A stretch of DNA of 63,012 bases, from positions 1 to 63,012 of the forward strand of contig JAFZUT010000006.1 in NCBI GenBank assembly GCA_017618175.1, in the 5' to 3' direction. A program made the translations under genes and the position numbers. The notes below the pieces were generated by a model. It was not told the DNA's origin, did no database searches, and saw nothing but the letters and a program-made list of their open reading frames with translations. The stretch is from Alphaproteobacteria bacterium. GTDB lineage: Bacteria; Pseudomonadota; Alphaproteobacteria; Rs-D84. Positions 19,983-31,200 of the stretch are shown here, piece by piece; positions within the stretch are counted from its first letter, which is position 1, and each line of letters starts with the position of its first letter.

Positions 19983-20610
19983 AGAACGGATGATTTTGTT
20001 TTAGAAAGCCAATCATAGAATCTTCCCCGTGGCCGTGGACAACGTATGTATCATCGGGCAGGTTCAGTTTTTTCAGTTTTGCAATGGATTCTTGTAATCG
20101 CATCGCATCACCCCCCGGCAGGTCTGTACGCCCCACCCCGTCACGGAAAATGGTATCGCCGGTCAGTAAAATTTTATATTCCGGAAAGTAAAACATTACA
20201 CCACCCAACGAATGACCGGGCGACGCAATTATTTCCATTTCTATATCATTCAAAATTTTTGTTTTTCCCGCGTGCAAGTCGTGTGGCGCCACAAAATCAT
20301 CCGGAATGCGTGGTAATTCCCAAAAATCCAAAATTTGATTTCCCCACAGTATCAACGGCACATCGCGTGAATTCAAAAACCATGGCGCATCGTAATGCGC
20401 CGCCAAGCCGGGTGCCGCCGAAATATGGTCGCTGTGCCCATGTGTTGCATAAATCGCACGCAATTTTAATCCACGCGAATCCAATAATTTTATCCAATCA
20501 TCCGCCCTTCCCCACGCATCAAAAATAACACATTCGTCACCATTTGACACCAATATTGAATTGGTGAACTTTGGTTCCATTTGCAAGATTTCAAATTTAT
20601 TTTTTTGCAA
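19972..20610 (-). CDS. MBL-fold metallo-hydrolase (glyoxalase II/YcbL-like)
   Basis: THGHSDH, PGHS, TGD and HGH motifs; start uncertain (TTG 20610 or ATG 20580). Confidence 0.85.
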   Translation of the reverse strand: MQKNKFEILQMEPKFTNSILVSNGDECVIFDAWGRADDWIKLLDSRGLKLRAIYATHGHSDHISAAPGLAAHYDAPWFLNSRDVPLILWGNQILDFWELPRIPDDFVAPHDLHAGKTKILNDIEMEIIASPGHSLGGVMFYFPEYKILLTGDTIFRDGVGRTDLPGGDAMRLQESIAKLKKLNLPDDTYVVHGHGEDSMIGFLKQNHPFFKY

Positions 20611-22462
20611 CCTTGGCCTTTTTGACTTTTGGTTTGGCGGGCGATTTTTTACCGACAATTTCCAAGATTTCTTCACCGGTTAATGTTTCGCGCCGCAACA
20701 ATTCTTCGGCCAATTTTTTGACGGTCGCCTTGTTCTTTGTTAAAATTTTGACCGCGTCACGGTATGCATCCGCCAACCAAGATTTAATTTCGCCGTCAAC
20801 CAATTCTGCGGTTTTTTCGGACGCATTTTCCAACGGCACGCGCGCGCCAAAGGTTTGTGCTTGGTTGATTGCAACCAACCCGATTTTATTGGACAAACCG
20901 GCGGTTGTAATCGAACGCCGCGCCAAACGCGTTGCCATATCGATATCAGATTCCGCCCCGGTCGTAATTTTATTTGCACCAAAGAATATTTCTTCGGCGG
21001 CACGCCCCGCCAACGCAATGGCCAGGTTCGCGCGAATTTCGGCCAAAGACATTGACACTTTGTCATCAATCGGCAAATGTTGCACCATCCCCAATGCCCG
21101 TCCACGCGGAATAATTGTCGCCTTGTGAATTGGGTCGGTGACATCGGCATAGGCGGTACTAACGAACGCATGTCCGGCCTCGTGATACGCGGTCAATTTG
21201 ATATCTTCGGGCCGCATTTTACGAATTTTGCGCGGGCCCATCAGCAATTTATCGCGCGCTTCTTCTATATCATCGGGTGCAACCAATTTGTGACCTGCGC
21301 GCACCGCATGCAACGCCGATTCATTCAACAGGTTTTCCAAATCCGCACCCGAACATCCCGTTGTTCCGCGCGCCAATTCACCCAAATCCACATTGGGTTC
21401 CATTTTGATTTTCTTCGCGTGCAATTCCAAAATCGCCCGCCGCCCCGCCATATCGGGCAAATCGATATGAACCTGCCTATCGAATCGGCCGGGTCGCAAC
21501 AATGCCGGGTCCAACATATCCGGACGATTTGTCGCACCAATTACAATAATGCCGGTTTCATTAGAAAACCCATCCATTTCAATCAGCAATTGATTCAAAG
21601 TCTGTTCACGGTCTTGGTCATTAAAAGAATTCTGGCTGCGCCGTTGACCGATTGCATCGATTTCATCAATAAATAACAAACACGGTGCGTTGCGTTTTGC
21701 CATTTCAAAAATCTCTTTAATCTTTGCAACCCCCAGGCCGACAATTATGCCGGAAAAATCACTGCCCGATGCGGCAAAGAACGGAACATTTGCTTCGCCT
21801 GCAATTGCACGCGCCAAAAGTGTTTTACCCGTTCCCGGTTCGCCCGCCAACAATATTCCGCGCGGCACACGCGCGCCAACGGCGGCGAACTTTGATTTAT
21901 CGCGCAGGAAATCCACAACCTCACTCAATTCTTGTTTTTCCGAATCGATTCCGGCAACATCTTTGAATGTAGTTTTCGGTTTTCCGGTAACGATTTTCGT
22001 TGGGTTTTGCCCAAGCAATGTACGCGAAAGGCCACCCGCCCCACCGCGCAACCCACGGAAAATCCACCATATAAAAAACAATCCCATCAAAATCGGCACC
22101 CATGTCCCAAGGTAATCAACCCAACCCTTGGACGCATCAATTGAAACGACCGTTCCACCATTAGACAATTTTTCCAATAATTCCGGATTATATGTAATAA
22201 CCGCGCTGTATTTTGTACCGTCTTGTAATTGTCCGGTTGCAACATTATCGCGAATCTTCATAGTTTTTATTTCACCCGACCTGCGCAATACATCGGAAAA
22301 AGTCATCTCTATCGGTTCGGCCACAACGACATCGCCCAATTGGTTCACCCCCCCGCGCGACATAAATGCGCCACCAACCAACCCGGCAAATAAAATCGCA
22401 AACAAAATTAAAAACAAAGTGGAATTATTGCGTTTCTTATTTTTTAACATATTTTTTTCCAT
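20597..22462 (-). CDS. ftsH: ATP-dependent zinc metalloprotease FtsH
   Basis: Two TM helices, GEPGTGKT Walker A, SRH motif, HEAGH. Confidence 0.97.
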   Translation of the reverse strand: MEKNMLKNKKRNNSTLFLILFAILFAGLVGGAFMSRGGVNQLGDVVVAEPIEMTFSDVLRRSGEIKTMKIRDNVATGQLQDGTKYSAVITYNPELLEKLSNGGTVVSIDASKGWVDYLGTWVPILMGLFFIWWIFRGLRGGAGGLSRTLLGQNPTKIVTGKPKTTFKDVAGIDSEKQELSEVVDFLRDKSKFAAVGARVPRGILLAGEPGTGKTLLARAIAGEANVPFFAASGSDFSGIIVGLGVAKIKEIFEMAKRNAPCLLFIDEIDAIGQRRSQNSFNDQDREQTLNQLLIEMDGFSNETGIIVIGATNRPDMLDPALLRPGRFDRQVHIDLPDMAGRRAILELHAKKIKMEPNVDLGELARGTTGCSGADLENLLNESALHAVRAGHKLVAPDDIEEARDKLLMGPRKIRKMRPEDIKLTAYHEAGHAFVSTAYADVTDPIHKATIIPRGRALGMVQHLPIDDKVSMSLAEIRANLAIALAGRAAEEIFFGANKITTGAESDIDMATRLARRSITTAGLSNKIGLVAINQAQTFGARVPLENASEKTAELVDGEIKSWLADAYRDAVKILTKNKATVKKLAEELLRRETLTGEEILEIVGKKSPAKPKVKKAKVAKK

Positions 22463-23423
22463 GATATTTTTTCCTGATTCTAAAACTTGTCTTTTGACCC
22501 TCGGGGACAATTAAAATCTTGTCACGCAACCGGCGCACGGTGCAATGTCCAATTGTAAATTTGCAATCGGCACGCAATTTGTCCAATGCACCGATAAGCG
22601 AATTCAGTCGCGGTTGATACCTGTCCCCCCCAACCGTTTGAATAACCGTTCCAAGAAACTTTAGCCTAATATCGGGGCTCTGGTCAAATAGAAAAGATTC
22701 ACCAAACATCGCGCGATCATTCAACATAACGCGTCCAACCAATTTCGATACATAATCTTCCAAACTTTCGCGCACGCGCCCCATATTTTGAATTGCCAAT
22801 AAAACACGTTCATCCGTAATTCCCAACGCGTCCCCAACCAAGTGACGATTTTGCCGAATCTTCACACGGGTATAGTGCGGGTCGTCATTCATTTCGTCTG
22901 CAAAATATTTAATGCCGCGCGTATCACAGTATTCTTGCAATTCACGCCGAAAAACATTTAATAGTGGCCGCACAATTTTGATACCGTTCATTTCGCCAAC
23001 CCCGCGCATGGCGGCCAAACCATAAACCCCACTGCCCCGCCCCAGGTTCATCCAAAAAGTTTCAATCTGGTCATCGGCCTGGTGCGCGGTCAAAATAATT
23101 TTAATATGATTTTTATGGCAAAAATCCGTCATCAATTTATATCGTGCGCGGCGCGCCGCATCTTCCAATCCGGTTTCCGGTTTTTCGCCATCCCAAGAAA
23201 ACACATGGCATTCCACGCCTAATTTTTCACACAAGTCTTGGACATATTGGGCCTCGGTCGCCGCCGCATCACGCAAATTATGGTTCACATGCAGGCATAC
23301 CACATCTGCGCCAATTTCCACCAACCAGTGCAAAAGTGCGACCGAATCGACACCGCCACTGACCCCAACGGCCATTTTTTGGCCGAGATATTTTTGCATA
23401 AAATCCAAAAATTTTTTGTTCAT
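22437..23423 (-). CDS. tilS: tRNA(Ile)-lysidine synthase
   Basis: SGGVDS, HQADDQIET and RPLL motifs; conserved tilS-ftsH order. Confidence 0.94.
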   Translation of the reverse strand: MNKKFLDFMQKYLGQKMAVGVSGGVDSVALLHWLVEIGADVVCLHVNHNLRDAAATEAQYVQDLCEKLGVECHVFSWDGEKPETGLEDAARRARYKLMTDFCHKNHIKIILTAHQADDQIETFWMNLGRGSGVYGLAAMRGVGEMNGIKIVRPLLNVFRRELQEYCDTRGIKYFADEMNDDPHYTRVKIRQNRHLVGDALGITDERVLLAIQNMGRVRESLEDYVSKLVGRVMLNDRAMFGESFLFDQSPDIRLKFLGTVIQTVGGDRYQPRLNSLIGALDKLRADCKFTIGHCTVRRLRDKILIVPEGQKTSFRIRKKYHGKKYVKK

Positions 23424-23469
23424 AACCTTGGTATTCTATGCTATAATTCCGGAAAATAAAGGAAAAAGT

Positions 23470-24024
23470 ATGCAAAAATTAAATTCTTTGGCGGTTTATT
23501 GTGGTCACAGTTTTGGCACAGACCCGCAATTTGAACGCGATGCGGCACGTGTTGGTGAATTATTGGCACGGAATAAAATTCGTATGATTTTTGGCGGGGG
23601 TAATGTCGGCCTTATGGGAACAACGGCAACGGCGGCAATAAATAATGGTGGTGTGGTATTGGGCGTAACGACACATAATGTTGTCGCCAAACAAGAACCC
23701 GCCCACGAAGAAATAGATGTTGAAGTGGTCGATGGTGTAAACGAACGCAAACAACGTATGTACGAAATGTCCGATGGTTTCATCATTTTGCCGGGTGGAA
23801 TCGGCACGCTGAACGAATTTACAGATATTTTAACTATGCAGCAAATTGGCGAATCGGTAAAACCAATATTCTTTATGAACACGGCAAAGTTCTGGGAATC
23901 TTTTTCCCAAATGTTCTTGGTTATGCAGGACAGTGGATTTATTGAAAATGTTCACGACTATAATGTCCATGTTGCGGACACACCGGACGAATTGTTCAAA
24001 CAGATATTAAATTACGACAAATAA
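23470..24024 (+). CDS. LOG family nucleotide phosphoribohydrolase (TIGR00730-like)
   Basis: GGGNVGLMG, ERKQRM and LPGGIGTLNE motifs. Confidence 0.9.
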   Translation: MQKLNSLAVYCGHSFGTDPQFERDAARVGELLARNKIRMIFGGGNVGLMGTTATAAINNGGVVLGVTTHNVVAKQEPAHEEIDVEVVDGVNERKQRMYEMSDGFIILPGGIGTLNEFTDILTMQQIGESVKPIFFMNTAKFWESFSQMFLVMQDSGFIENVHDYNVHVADTPDELFKQILNYDK

Positions 24025-24026
24025 AG

Positions 24027-24248
24027 TTATTCTGGAATTTCGATAATTTTATCGCGCGCGGCACATCCGCGCACGATTTTTATTTGTGATTTTGGCAAAT
24101 CGAAATATTCCGCCAACAATTTTATGACTGCATCATTCGCCGCACCATCAACGGGCGCGGCGGTTATATGCACGCGTATGCGACCGTCTTCGGCGGTGAC
24201 TTTATTTTGTTTTGCACGCGGAATCACACGCAGGTTTATTCGCCGCAT
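24027..24248 (-). CDS. DUF167/YggU family protein
   Basis: VIPRAK, APVDGAAN and IVRGxxxRDK motifs. Confidence 0.85.
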   Translation of the reverse strand: MRRINLRVIPRAKQNKVTAEDGRIRVHITAAPVDGAANDAVIKLLAEYFDLPKSQIKIVRGCAARDKIIEIPE

Positions 24249-24622
24249 AACATACTCCGCATAATTTCTAAACACGCCGGCGTTTTGTCCCCGGCAATAA
24301 GGTGCATATGAAAATGAAACACGCTTTGATTAAACAACGGCGCGGCCAATCCCGCGTTTGCGAAAACATTAAATTCCGCCTTGATGCCTAATTTATCGGC
24401 GGTTTTGACAAAGCAATCCCAAAAACCGGCCTGTTCGGCGGCCGATGCACGCCGTGCAAAGTCCAAAATATTTTCATATTCGCCCTTTGGCACAACCAAC
24501 ACGTGCGTTTTGCACATTGGGTTCACATCATAGAAAGATATGGCATATTCATTTTCTACGACTTTTTTTGACGGAATTTCACCACGAATAATTTTTGCAA
24601 ACACATTATCTTTGTCGTACAT
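24236..24622 (-). CDS. HIT family nucleotide-binding protein
   Basis: NVFAKIIRGEIP and QSVFHFHMH motifs. Confidence 0.9.
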   Translation of the reverse strand: MYDKDNVFAKIIRGEIPSKKVVENEYAISFYDVNPMCKTHVLVVPKGEYENILDFARRASAAEQAGFWDCFVKTADKLGIKAEFNVFANAGLAAPLFNQSVFHFHMHLIAGDKTPACLEIMRSMLCGE

Positions 24623-24682
24623 AAAAATCCCCTTTGTTATCCCGATAAAATATAATACGCCTACAAAAATAAATCAAGCGGG

Positions 24683-25189
24683 TTAGCAGAACTGGTCTGT
24701 GCAAAAACCATTTACACATGCCCCACCACAAGAAAAACCATGACCGGCGCAATCGTTATCCGTATCACAGGACACCACGTCCCTTCCGTTCCACGGATCG
24801 TTACAATCATACGATGGTTCGCCCACGGCCATCAATAAACAGTTATTATTCGAATCATATTCCGAGCAATATACATTTGGCATTGCGTTATATACACATT
24901 CTGTTGCACGTGCTGCAACATCCGCCGTCACCAATTTATTCGCATCTGTATTCTCGTTATACCTGTTTCCGGCATATATTCCGCGTTCACCGATTGTGCC
25001 GGCGGTAGATGTATATGTGACAACGGTATCACCCGGCGTAGCACTGTTCGTGCCGGTGACGGGTATTTTATCTTGTTTCAATGCATCTTGGACATCGACA
25101 TAGTCCCGTGATGTGACGGTTGAACTTGTTGCGTATGCGTTGAACGCTAAAACTGATGCAATTGCACCAATGAATAATGCTTGTTTCAT
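24683..25189 (-). CDS. Secreted Cys-rich protein, family member 3 (MKQALF type)
   Basis: Likely start at 25189 after the shared RBS; body closely similar to 62490-63008. Confidence 0.85.
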   Translation of the reverse strand: MKQALFIGAIASVLAFNAYATSSTVTSRDYVDVQDALKQDKIPVTGTNSATPGDTVVTYTSTAGTIGERGIYAGNRYNENTDANKLVTADVAARATECVYNAMPNVYCSEYDSNNNCLLMAVGEPSYDCNDPWNGRDVVSCDTDNDCAGHGFSCGGACVNGFCTDQFC

Positions 25190-25229
25190 AATATTCCCCT
25201 TTATTCCTCGCTGTACAGTGTAACAAAAA

Positions 25230-25406
25230 GGTACCTTTTTTTGACCACCCCGCGAGATTTCGTAAGTCATTGATTTTACTGAATCGTATTTTCTAAAAAA
25301 AGTGGTGGACAAAAAGGTACCTTTTTGTCCACCATTTTTTTCAAAAAATTTTCTCAGTAATTTCAATGGTCCAATTTTTGACCGAGGTGGTGGTCATAAA
25401 GGTACC
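25230..25406. promoter_or_regulatory. Double switch: segments A and B back to back with three GGTACC sites, between divergent family genes (locus 3)
   Basis: GGTACC at 25230, 25316 and 25401; perfect 32-bp palindrome at 25303-25334. Confidence 0.75.
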
Positions 25407-25456
25407 TTTTTGTTACCATATAAACATACCAAACAAGCATAACAAAGGAAGGGAAT

Positions 25457-25912
25457 ATGAGGATTTCAATTCTTAGTATCGGTGCAATCGCATCCGTTTT
25501 AGCATTAAATGCATTTGCAACAACATCAACCGTCACATCACGGGATTATGTGGACACCCAAGATGCATTGAAACAGGATTTAATTGAGACAGATGATACC
25601 TATTGGGATGGTTATTTTGGTGTGACTGATACATTGGTAAGTAATGATGCGGAAGATGGCGATGGTATACAAGGCTATAAGTATGGGATATTTACAGATT
25701 CGTATGATATCAATAATATGGGGGGAGTTAGGTGGATTCTTTATAATGAAGACGCTTATCTGATTGGTAAAACCATACCAACCACTGCTGCCACCGCGGA
25801 CCTTATAAGAAATGCGACAAAAATGACATGCGTAGAGTATATAGGTGGACAGCAAAATGGTGTTCCGGAAGATTGCCTTCTTTGGCGAATGCCGGATAAC
25901 GCGGTTTGGTAG
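25457..25912 (+). CDS. Secreted protein, family member 4 (MRISIL type)
   Basis: Conserved N-terminus, TCVEY..CLLW motif, no Cys-rich tail. Confidence 0.85.
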   Translation: MRISILSIGAIASVLALNAFATTSTVTSRDYVDTQDALKQDLIETDDTYWDGYFGVTDTLVSNDAEDGDGIQGYKYGIFTDSYDINNMGGVRWILYNEDAYLIGKTIPTTAATADLIRNATKMTCVEYIGGQQNGVPEDCLLWRMPDNAVW

Positions 25913-25953
25913 TTAAAAACAGCCGCGTTTTCAAATGCTTTTGTTGGTTTTCA

Positions 25954-28299
25954 TTACTTCACGACACTAAAATTCACAACCGTTGTGGTGCCGGTGGTGT
26001 CGGTCGCACGCAGTGTGTGGTCGCCCATTGGAACATTGTATTCCAATGTTTCACCACTTTTGGTTGAACCCAATGTTTTGTCGTCCAAGAACCAGAATAT
26101 TTTATCGTCCGGATTTGTCGCCAAACCCATAAATCCAATTGGTTCAAAATCGTGCGCGGATGTTATAACCACCTTGGTATCGGGTGTTGGAAATACAACA
26201 ATCGGGGCGGTGCCATCATCCGGAATTTCGTTTATATCGCATCCCGGCATAAATGCCGGTGGGGTTTTGCGTTTGATTCCCGCGCGACGAAACATATCCA
26301 AATATTCCGCATCCCAAAATTCATAAATTTCCATATGTGTGGTCTTTGGGGCGGGCGAACACGCGCGCAGGCCCGTTTTGTTATCGATGGCAATTTGACG
26401 GTGAATGCGGTTGCGCGCAATTGGCGATTTGCCCGGAATAAAATAAGACAGTGTTTTTTGTGGGCAAAATTCGCCTGCAATATCGCCACCGATTTCGCAC
26501 ATTTCTATTTCGATTATATTCATATCGTCACGCAAAAATTTATTGTTCTGAATCGGTTTACCAACCCCGTTGTAGTATTCATTGGTTGCGTTTACCAATG
26601 CAAAATATATTGGTGCGGCGGCGCGCGCGCCACTGAACGCGTTGTTGGGTGTGCCGTCAAAATTACCCACCCAAACAATTAAAACAAAATCTCCAAATAT
26701 GCCCGCCGTCCACGCATCGCGATATGACGAAGATGTACCGGTTTTCCAATAGTGTTGAATCGTTTGACGCCCGGTTTTTGTAAACGGAACTTTCTTTGTC
26801 GGTACCGATTGATGCGACAACATATCAAGTGTAAGGAAAAATGCCTCGGGCGATAAAATGTGGTTAATAACTTCGTCCGGCGCATCGATTTGTGTGCGCA
26901 TCCGCCGATTGGTGCCAAGGTTCGCCATTGTTGCATAAATATGCGCCAATTCAAACATTGAAACTTCGGCCCCGCCCAGTGCGATTGATATTCCATAATG
27001 TTCGGGTGATTTAAGTCGCGCAACCCCCGCATCATTTAATAATTTATGGAAATTTTTGACACCGATTTCGCGCACCAAATTTATTGCCGGAATATTTCGC
27101 GAATGGGTCAATGCATCACGCGCCAGGACCGGACCGTAAAATTCGCTGTCCGAATTTTCGGGTGCATAAACACCAAAGTTTACACGCGCATCGCGCAACA
27201 AACTCATTTCGTGTATCAAACCCATATCCACCGCAGATGCATAAATCAACGGTTTTAATGTTGAACCCGGGCTGCGCCGTGCGCGCACGCCATCATTTTC
27301 ACCGTATATGTCGCGGTTAAAGTAATCCGCCGAACCGATATATGCCAATGTTTCCATCGTTTTATAATTTATTAAAATTGCCGCCGCGTTCGTGACACCG
27401 ATATTACGGCGTGCGTTTATTTCCGCGCTTAACGCGCGTTCTAATTTCTGTTGCAATTTCAAATCGATGGTCGTTTGAATTATTGATTTGTTGGTTTTCG
27501 TTTTGTTCATAAAATCTGTAAAGTGTGGCGCAAGAAACGGCAGGTCCGATACATTTTTCACCGCCAACGGCATCGCCGCGAAAGTTCGCAATTCTGTGTC
27601 GTTCGGGTATTCGGCAATCCATCGTTCAACCAAATTCGCGCGCATATTTTCGATGTTTTTAATTCCGCGTTCGGTGTTTAATCCGCGCTTGGTCGGGTTT
27701 TGTGGAACGGTCGCCAAAGTGATTGATTCTATTTTGGTTATGTCGCATGCGGGTCGACCAAAGTATATTGTGGATGCGGCCGCCACGCCTTCGATGTTTC
27801 CACCGTACGGGGCCAGGTTCAAATACGCTTCGATGATTTCATCTTTGGAATGAAACATGTCGATATAAATTGCCGCCGCAATCTGCATCATTTTCCCGCC
27901 GAATGTTTTACTGTTCAAATCGTATTTTATGCGTGCCAATTGCATAGTGATTGTTGATGCGCCAACGGGGTGTGGGATACCTGAAATATACTGGCGCGCC
28001 GCGCGCAGCATTGATATTGGGTTGATACCGGGATGACGGTAAAAATGTTTGTCTTCGTAAAGTACGACCGCATTGACTATATGCGGACTGATTTCATTTA
28101 GTGGTGTGTATATGCGATATTTGTCATCTGCAGACAATGTCAATCGCAACAGATTGCCGTTCCGGTCGTAATATGCATGCGAAAAAGACACGTTTGATAA
28201 AAGTGGTGCGGTAAAAAATATCCGTATAACCAACCAAGTGACGAAAATCGCGCCGAAAATAATTCCAATTTTTTTAGAAAATCTTTTAATCTTTGGCAT
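25954..28299 (-). CDS. pbpC: Penicillin-binding protein 1C
   Basis: EDKHFYRHPG, GASTITMQ, STLK, SRN and KTG motifs; directly follows the alpha-2-macroglobulin gene. Confidence 0.93.
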   Translation of the reverse strand: MPKIKRFSKKIGIIFGAIFVTWLVIRIFFTAPLLSNVSFSHAYYDRNGNLLRLTLSADDKYRIYTPLNEISPHIVNAVVLYEDKHFYRHPGINPISMLRAARQYISGIPHPVGASTITMQLARIKYDLNSKTFGGKMMQIAAAIYIDMFHSKDEIIEAYLNLAPYGGNIEGVAAASTIYFGRPACDITKIESITLATVPQNPTKRGLNTERGIKNIENMRANLVERWIAEYPNDTELRTFAAMPLAVKNVSDLPFLAPHFTDFMNKTKTNKSIIQTTIDLKLQQKLERALSAEINARRNIGVTNAAAILINYKTMETLAYIGSADYFNRDIYGENDGVRARRSPGSTLKPLIYASAVDMGLIHEMSLLRDARVNFGVYAPENSDSEFYGPVLARDALTHSRNIPAINLVREIGVKNFHKLLNDAGVARLKSPEHYGISIALGGAEVSMFELAHIYATMANLGTNRRMRTQIDAPDEVINHILSPEAFFLTLDMLSHQSVPTKKVPFTKTGRQTIQHYWKTGTSSSYRDAWTAGIFGDFVLIVWVGNFDGTPNNAFSGARAAAPIYFALVNATNEYYNGVGKPIQNNKFLRDDMNIIEIEMCEIGGDIAGEFCPQKTLSYFIPGKSPIARNRIHRQIAIDNKTGLRACSPAPKTTHMEIYEFWDAEYLDMFRRAGIKRKTPPAFMPGCDINEIPDDGTAPIVVFPTPDTKVVITSAHDFEPIGFMGLATNPDDKIFWFLDDKTLGSTKSGETLEYNVPMGDHTLRATDTTGTTTVVNFSVVK

Positions 28300-31200
28300 T
28301 TGAAACAGTGAACTTTTCGGTGTCCGTTGTTGCGCGAATTTCCGAATTATACATATCCATTGCCGCGACCGGTGGAACCGTGAATTCACCCGCCACAGAT
28401 AATTGAACGCGATATGTAAATGTTGTCGGGGTGCGCGAAAGCGGTGCATATATCAACACGCGATCTTCGCGAATTTCGTTGTGGGTCATATCGCCGGACG
28501 CAGAATCTGATATTGGAATAAATCCACCCGGTAATAAATCAGTTATGACCGCATTTCCAATATGATTTGTGCCACCGCGTGTACGTGCCGTGATTTTCAC
28601 ATCCAAAATGTCGCCGATTTCTGCGGAGTGAACCTTTTCACCGTCTGCATTATAATAATCGCGTGAAATATCAATGCCGTTTGATTCGGAACGTGCGATC
28701 CGTGGAAATCCCATAGTGACGATTGTATAAAATGCGGTGTTCTTGGATTTGCATATTTCACAATTTATACGTAATTTATCGGTGCCACGTGGAATATCAA
28801 CGATTACGGTTCCGGCATTTGATACCCGGTCCAGTTTTTTGTCGCCGGCCAAAACCGATATTTTGTCGCCGTCTAATGCGTCTGGGCCGGGGGCGTTCGC
28901 GGTCCCCATAAATATTGCCGCCGCAGTGAATGAATCATAATCACCACGGTTTATATAGTTTTGAATGTTCCGGGTCGCACGTTCGGGAACCATATCAAAG
29001 TAATTGCGCGCAATAAATGTGTACATTGCATCGGCCGCAACCGCGCCACCAAATTGCCCATCATAAACATCATCACCCGATTTATATTTTGATATTAAAT
29101 TGAATGCTTTGTCCGTTTGTTTTAACATTTTATAAGACGCCGCAATGTATGCACCGATAACAGTGTCCGACCAATTCTTGAAGTTTTCGGACATATATTC
29201 TTCCAATGAATCAATATAACTTGTTGTGACATAGTCATTCAAACTTAACGTATATATTGTGAACGCCTTGGCGTGGGCATCCGCCATCGATGTGGTTCGC
29301 ATTCCCGCATATGAACGCAGAAAATCAATGCCACGTGCGAACATAGATTGTGGAACATTGAACCCGCCGCGCCGTGCGATGGTCAAAAAGTTCATCGTGT
29401 ACGCGGTTAAATATGCCGTTGTTGGGTCGGTTTCATTATTTGGGGATGTGCCGGTGTCCGTCCACATTCCAAAAGAACCGTCGCCGTTTTGACGATTTGC
29501 CAAGGTTTGAATCGCCTTGTTAACTATGGCGGTGGAATCGGCACGGTTTGTTCCCAACAATTTATCTTCGGGTGATATCGCGTATGGCAATGCGCGCGAA
29601 ACCAATTGTTCAGTGCAATCAAATTCATAATGCGCAAGATACATAAACATTGGTCGCGACAAAATCGATAAAGACTTTGATATGTACAGTATGTTTGAAT
29701 ATTCCGCATCATACATATTGTTGTCGGTTATTCTTAGGTTGGTTTTTCCGGAATCCAAAACACCGGTTTTTATGTCTGTGCGGAACAGTGTCGCGGGTCG
29801 AACAGACATTTCGTGCGTTGTGCGGCGTGCCGCAATTGGATGATTTTTATCGTCAAACAATGTTGATGATACATCCAATGTGCCCGTCCCGGGTGTGTCC
29901 GCCGCGGTCACATTAAATGTCCATAATTTTTCCGTGTTTTCCGGCAAATTTAACAAACCCGAAGACTTTTCAATTGGCATCAATTTGCCACCTGCGATTA
30001 CATCATTTCGTGCCGTTGCGGCATTACCGGATTCCCCAGCAAGGTTTGATATTACCGTGTTCACGGTGAATTTATCGTTTGGCGCAACAACCAATGGCGC
30101 AGACACAGATATAATTACCGGCGATTGCACGCGGACATCTGTGTCGGCGGACCCGACACGCCCGGGTGCGGCGGCAACGGCATAAACACTTACACCCCCA
30201 TTGAAATATTCGGGAATATCAAAGGTTATTGTTTTGGGTGTGTTTGCGGTTGTATTGATTATTCCGGAGTAAAATGCAACTGGTGGCAAAGTTTTGCGCC
30301 CAAATGGATTGGTAAGTGGCGTGTCAATTCCACCAAATTCGCCTTCAAAATCGCTGCCCCCGATTTTTGCAACTTCGCGCAGGACGTTATATTCAGGCAA
30401 CAACAGTGACAATATTTGGTATGTTTCAACCTGAAGTGCGGCCTTTTGGAAAAAGTGCCGTAATGGGTTTGGAATAGAATAATTTGCAACCTGTAAAATC
30501 CCGGTGTTGACGGCAAACAGCATTACGCGCGCATCGGTGTCGGTTGTAATTTCTATTGGCAATTTGTTGTCGCGAACGGTTTTTGGCGTTTCTAATTTTA
30601 CGTTGATTTTATGCTTGTCGATACTGGTCGAAAACGGCGCAACCGCGTAAGTGTACGGTGTCGTGAAAATATCGCGACTGTTGATATCACGGACAAATGA
30701 AACATTTACATAACCGGTGCCTTCAAAATCCGTGGGCAAAGTGATTTTCTGGGTCGATGCGGTTGTGTCGGCACTGAACCATTTGTGGGCGTACACCCGG
30801 TCGCGTTCAATGGTGATAAGACCCGTTCCGGCATAGGGCGCAATGACGCCAATATTTATTGTGTCACCCGGTTTATATGCAGACGCGTCCAATTTGATTT
30901 GCAATTCTGCGCGTGAATCTTCGCGCAGTTCTGTATTTTCATTTGACGCAACGAAATATTCTATGTTTGCCAAAATATTTTCATTTGAATCCAATAATTG
31001 AACGTAATAGGTTCCACCGTTCAATGTGTTCAATTTTATTTCTGAACCGCTTTTCGACACAGAAACCTGGGATTGCGCAATAATCACATCATGTGATGTT
31101 GTTTGGTATTTATAATGATTATCATAGTCTTTTAATAAACTGGTCAGGTTTTCACGTTTTATCAATTTCATAGTGATATCATCCGCGTCAACTGCGTCAC

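Noticed and set aside
24683-25189. Diversity-generating retroelement behind the variable C-termini
   Set aside because: No reverse transcriptase in the window and no near-identical template/variable repeat pair; the paralogues differ by indels and broad substitutions.
25230-25406. CRISPR array (palindromic repeats at regular spacing)
   Set aside because: Only 2-3 repeats per locus; the 'spacers' recur between loci instead of being unique; no cas genes in the window.
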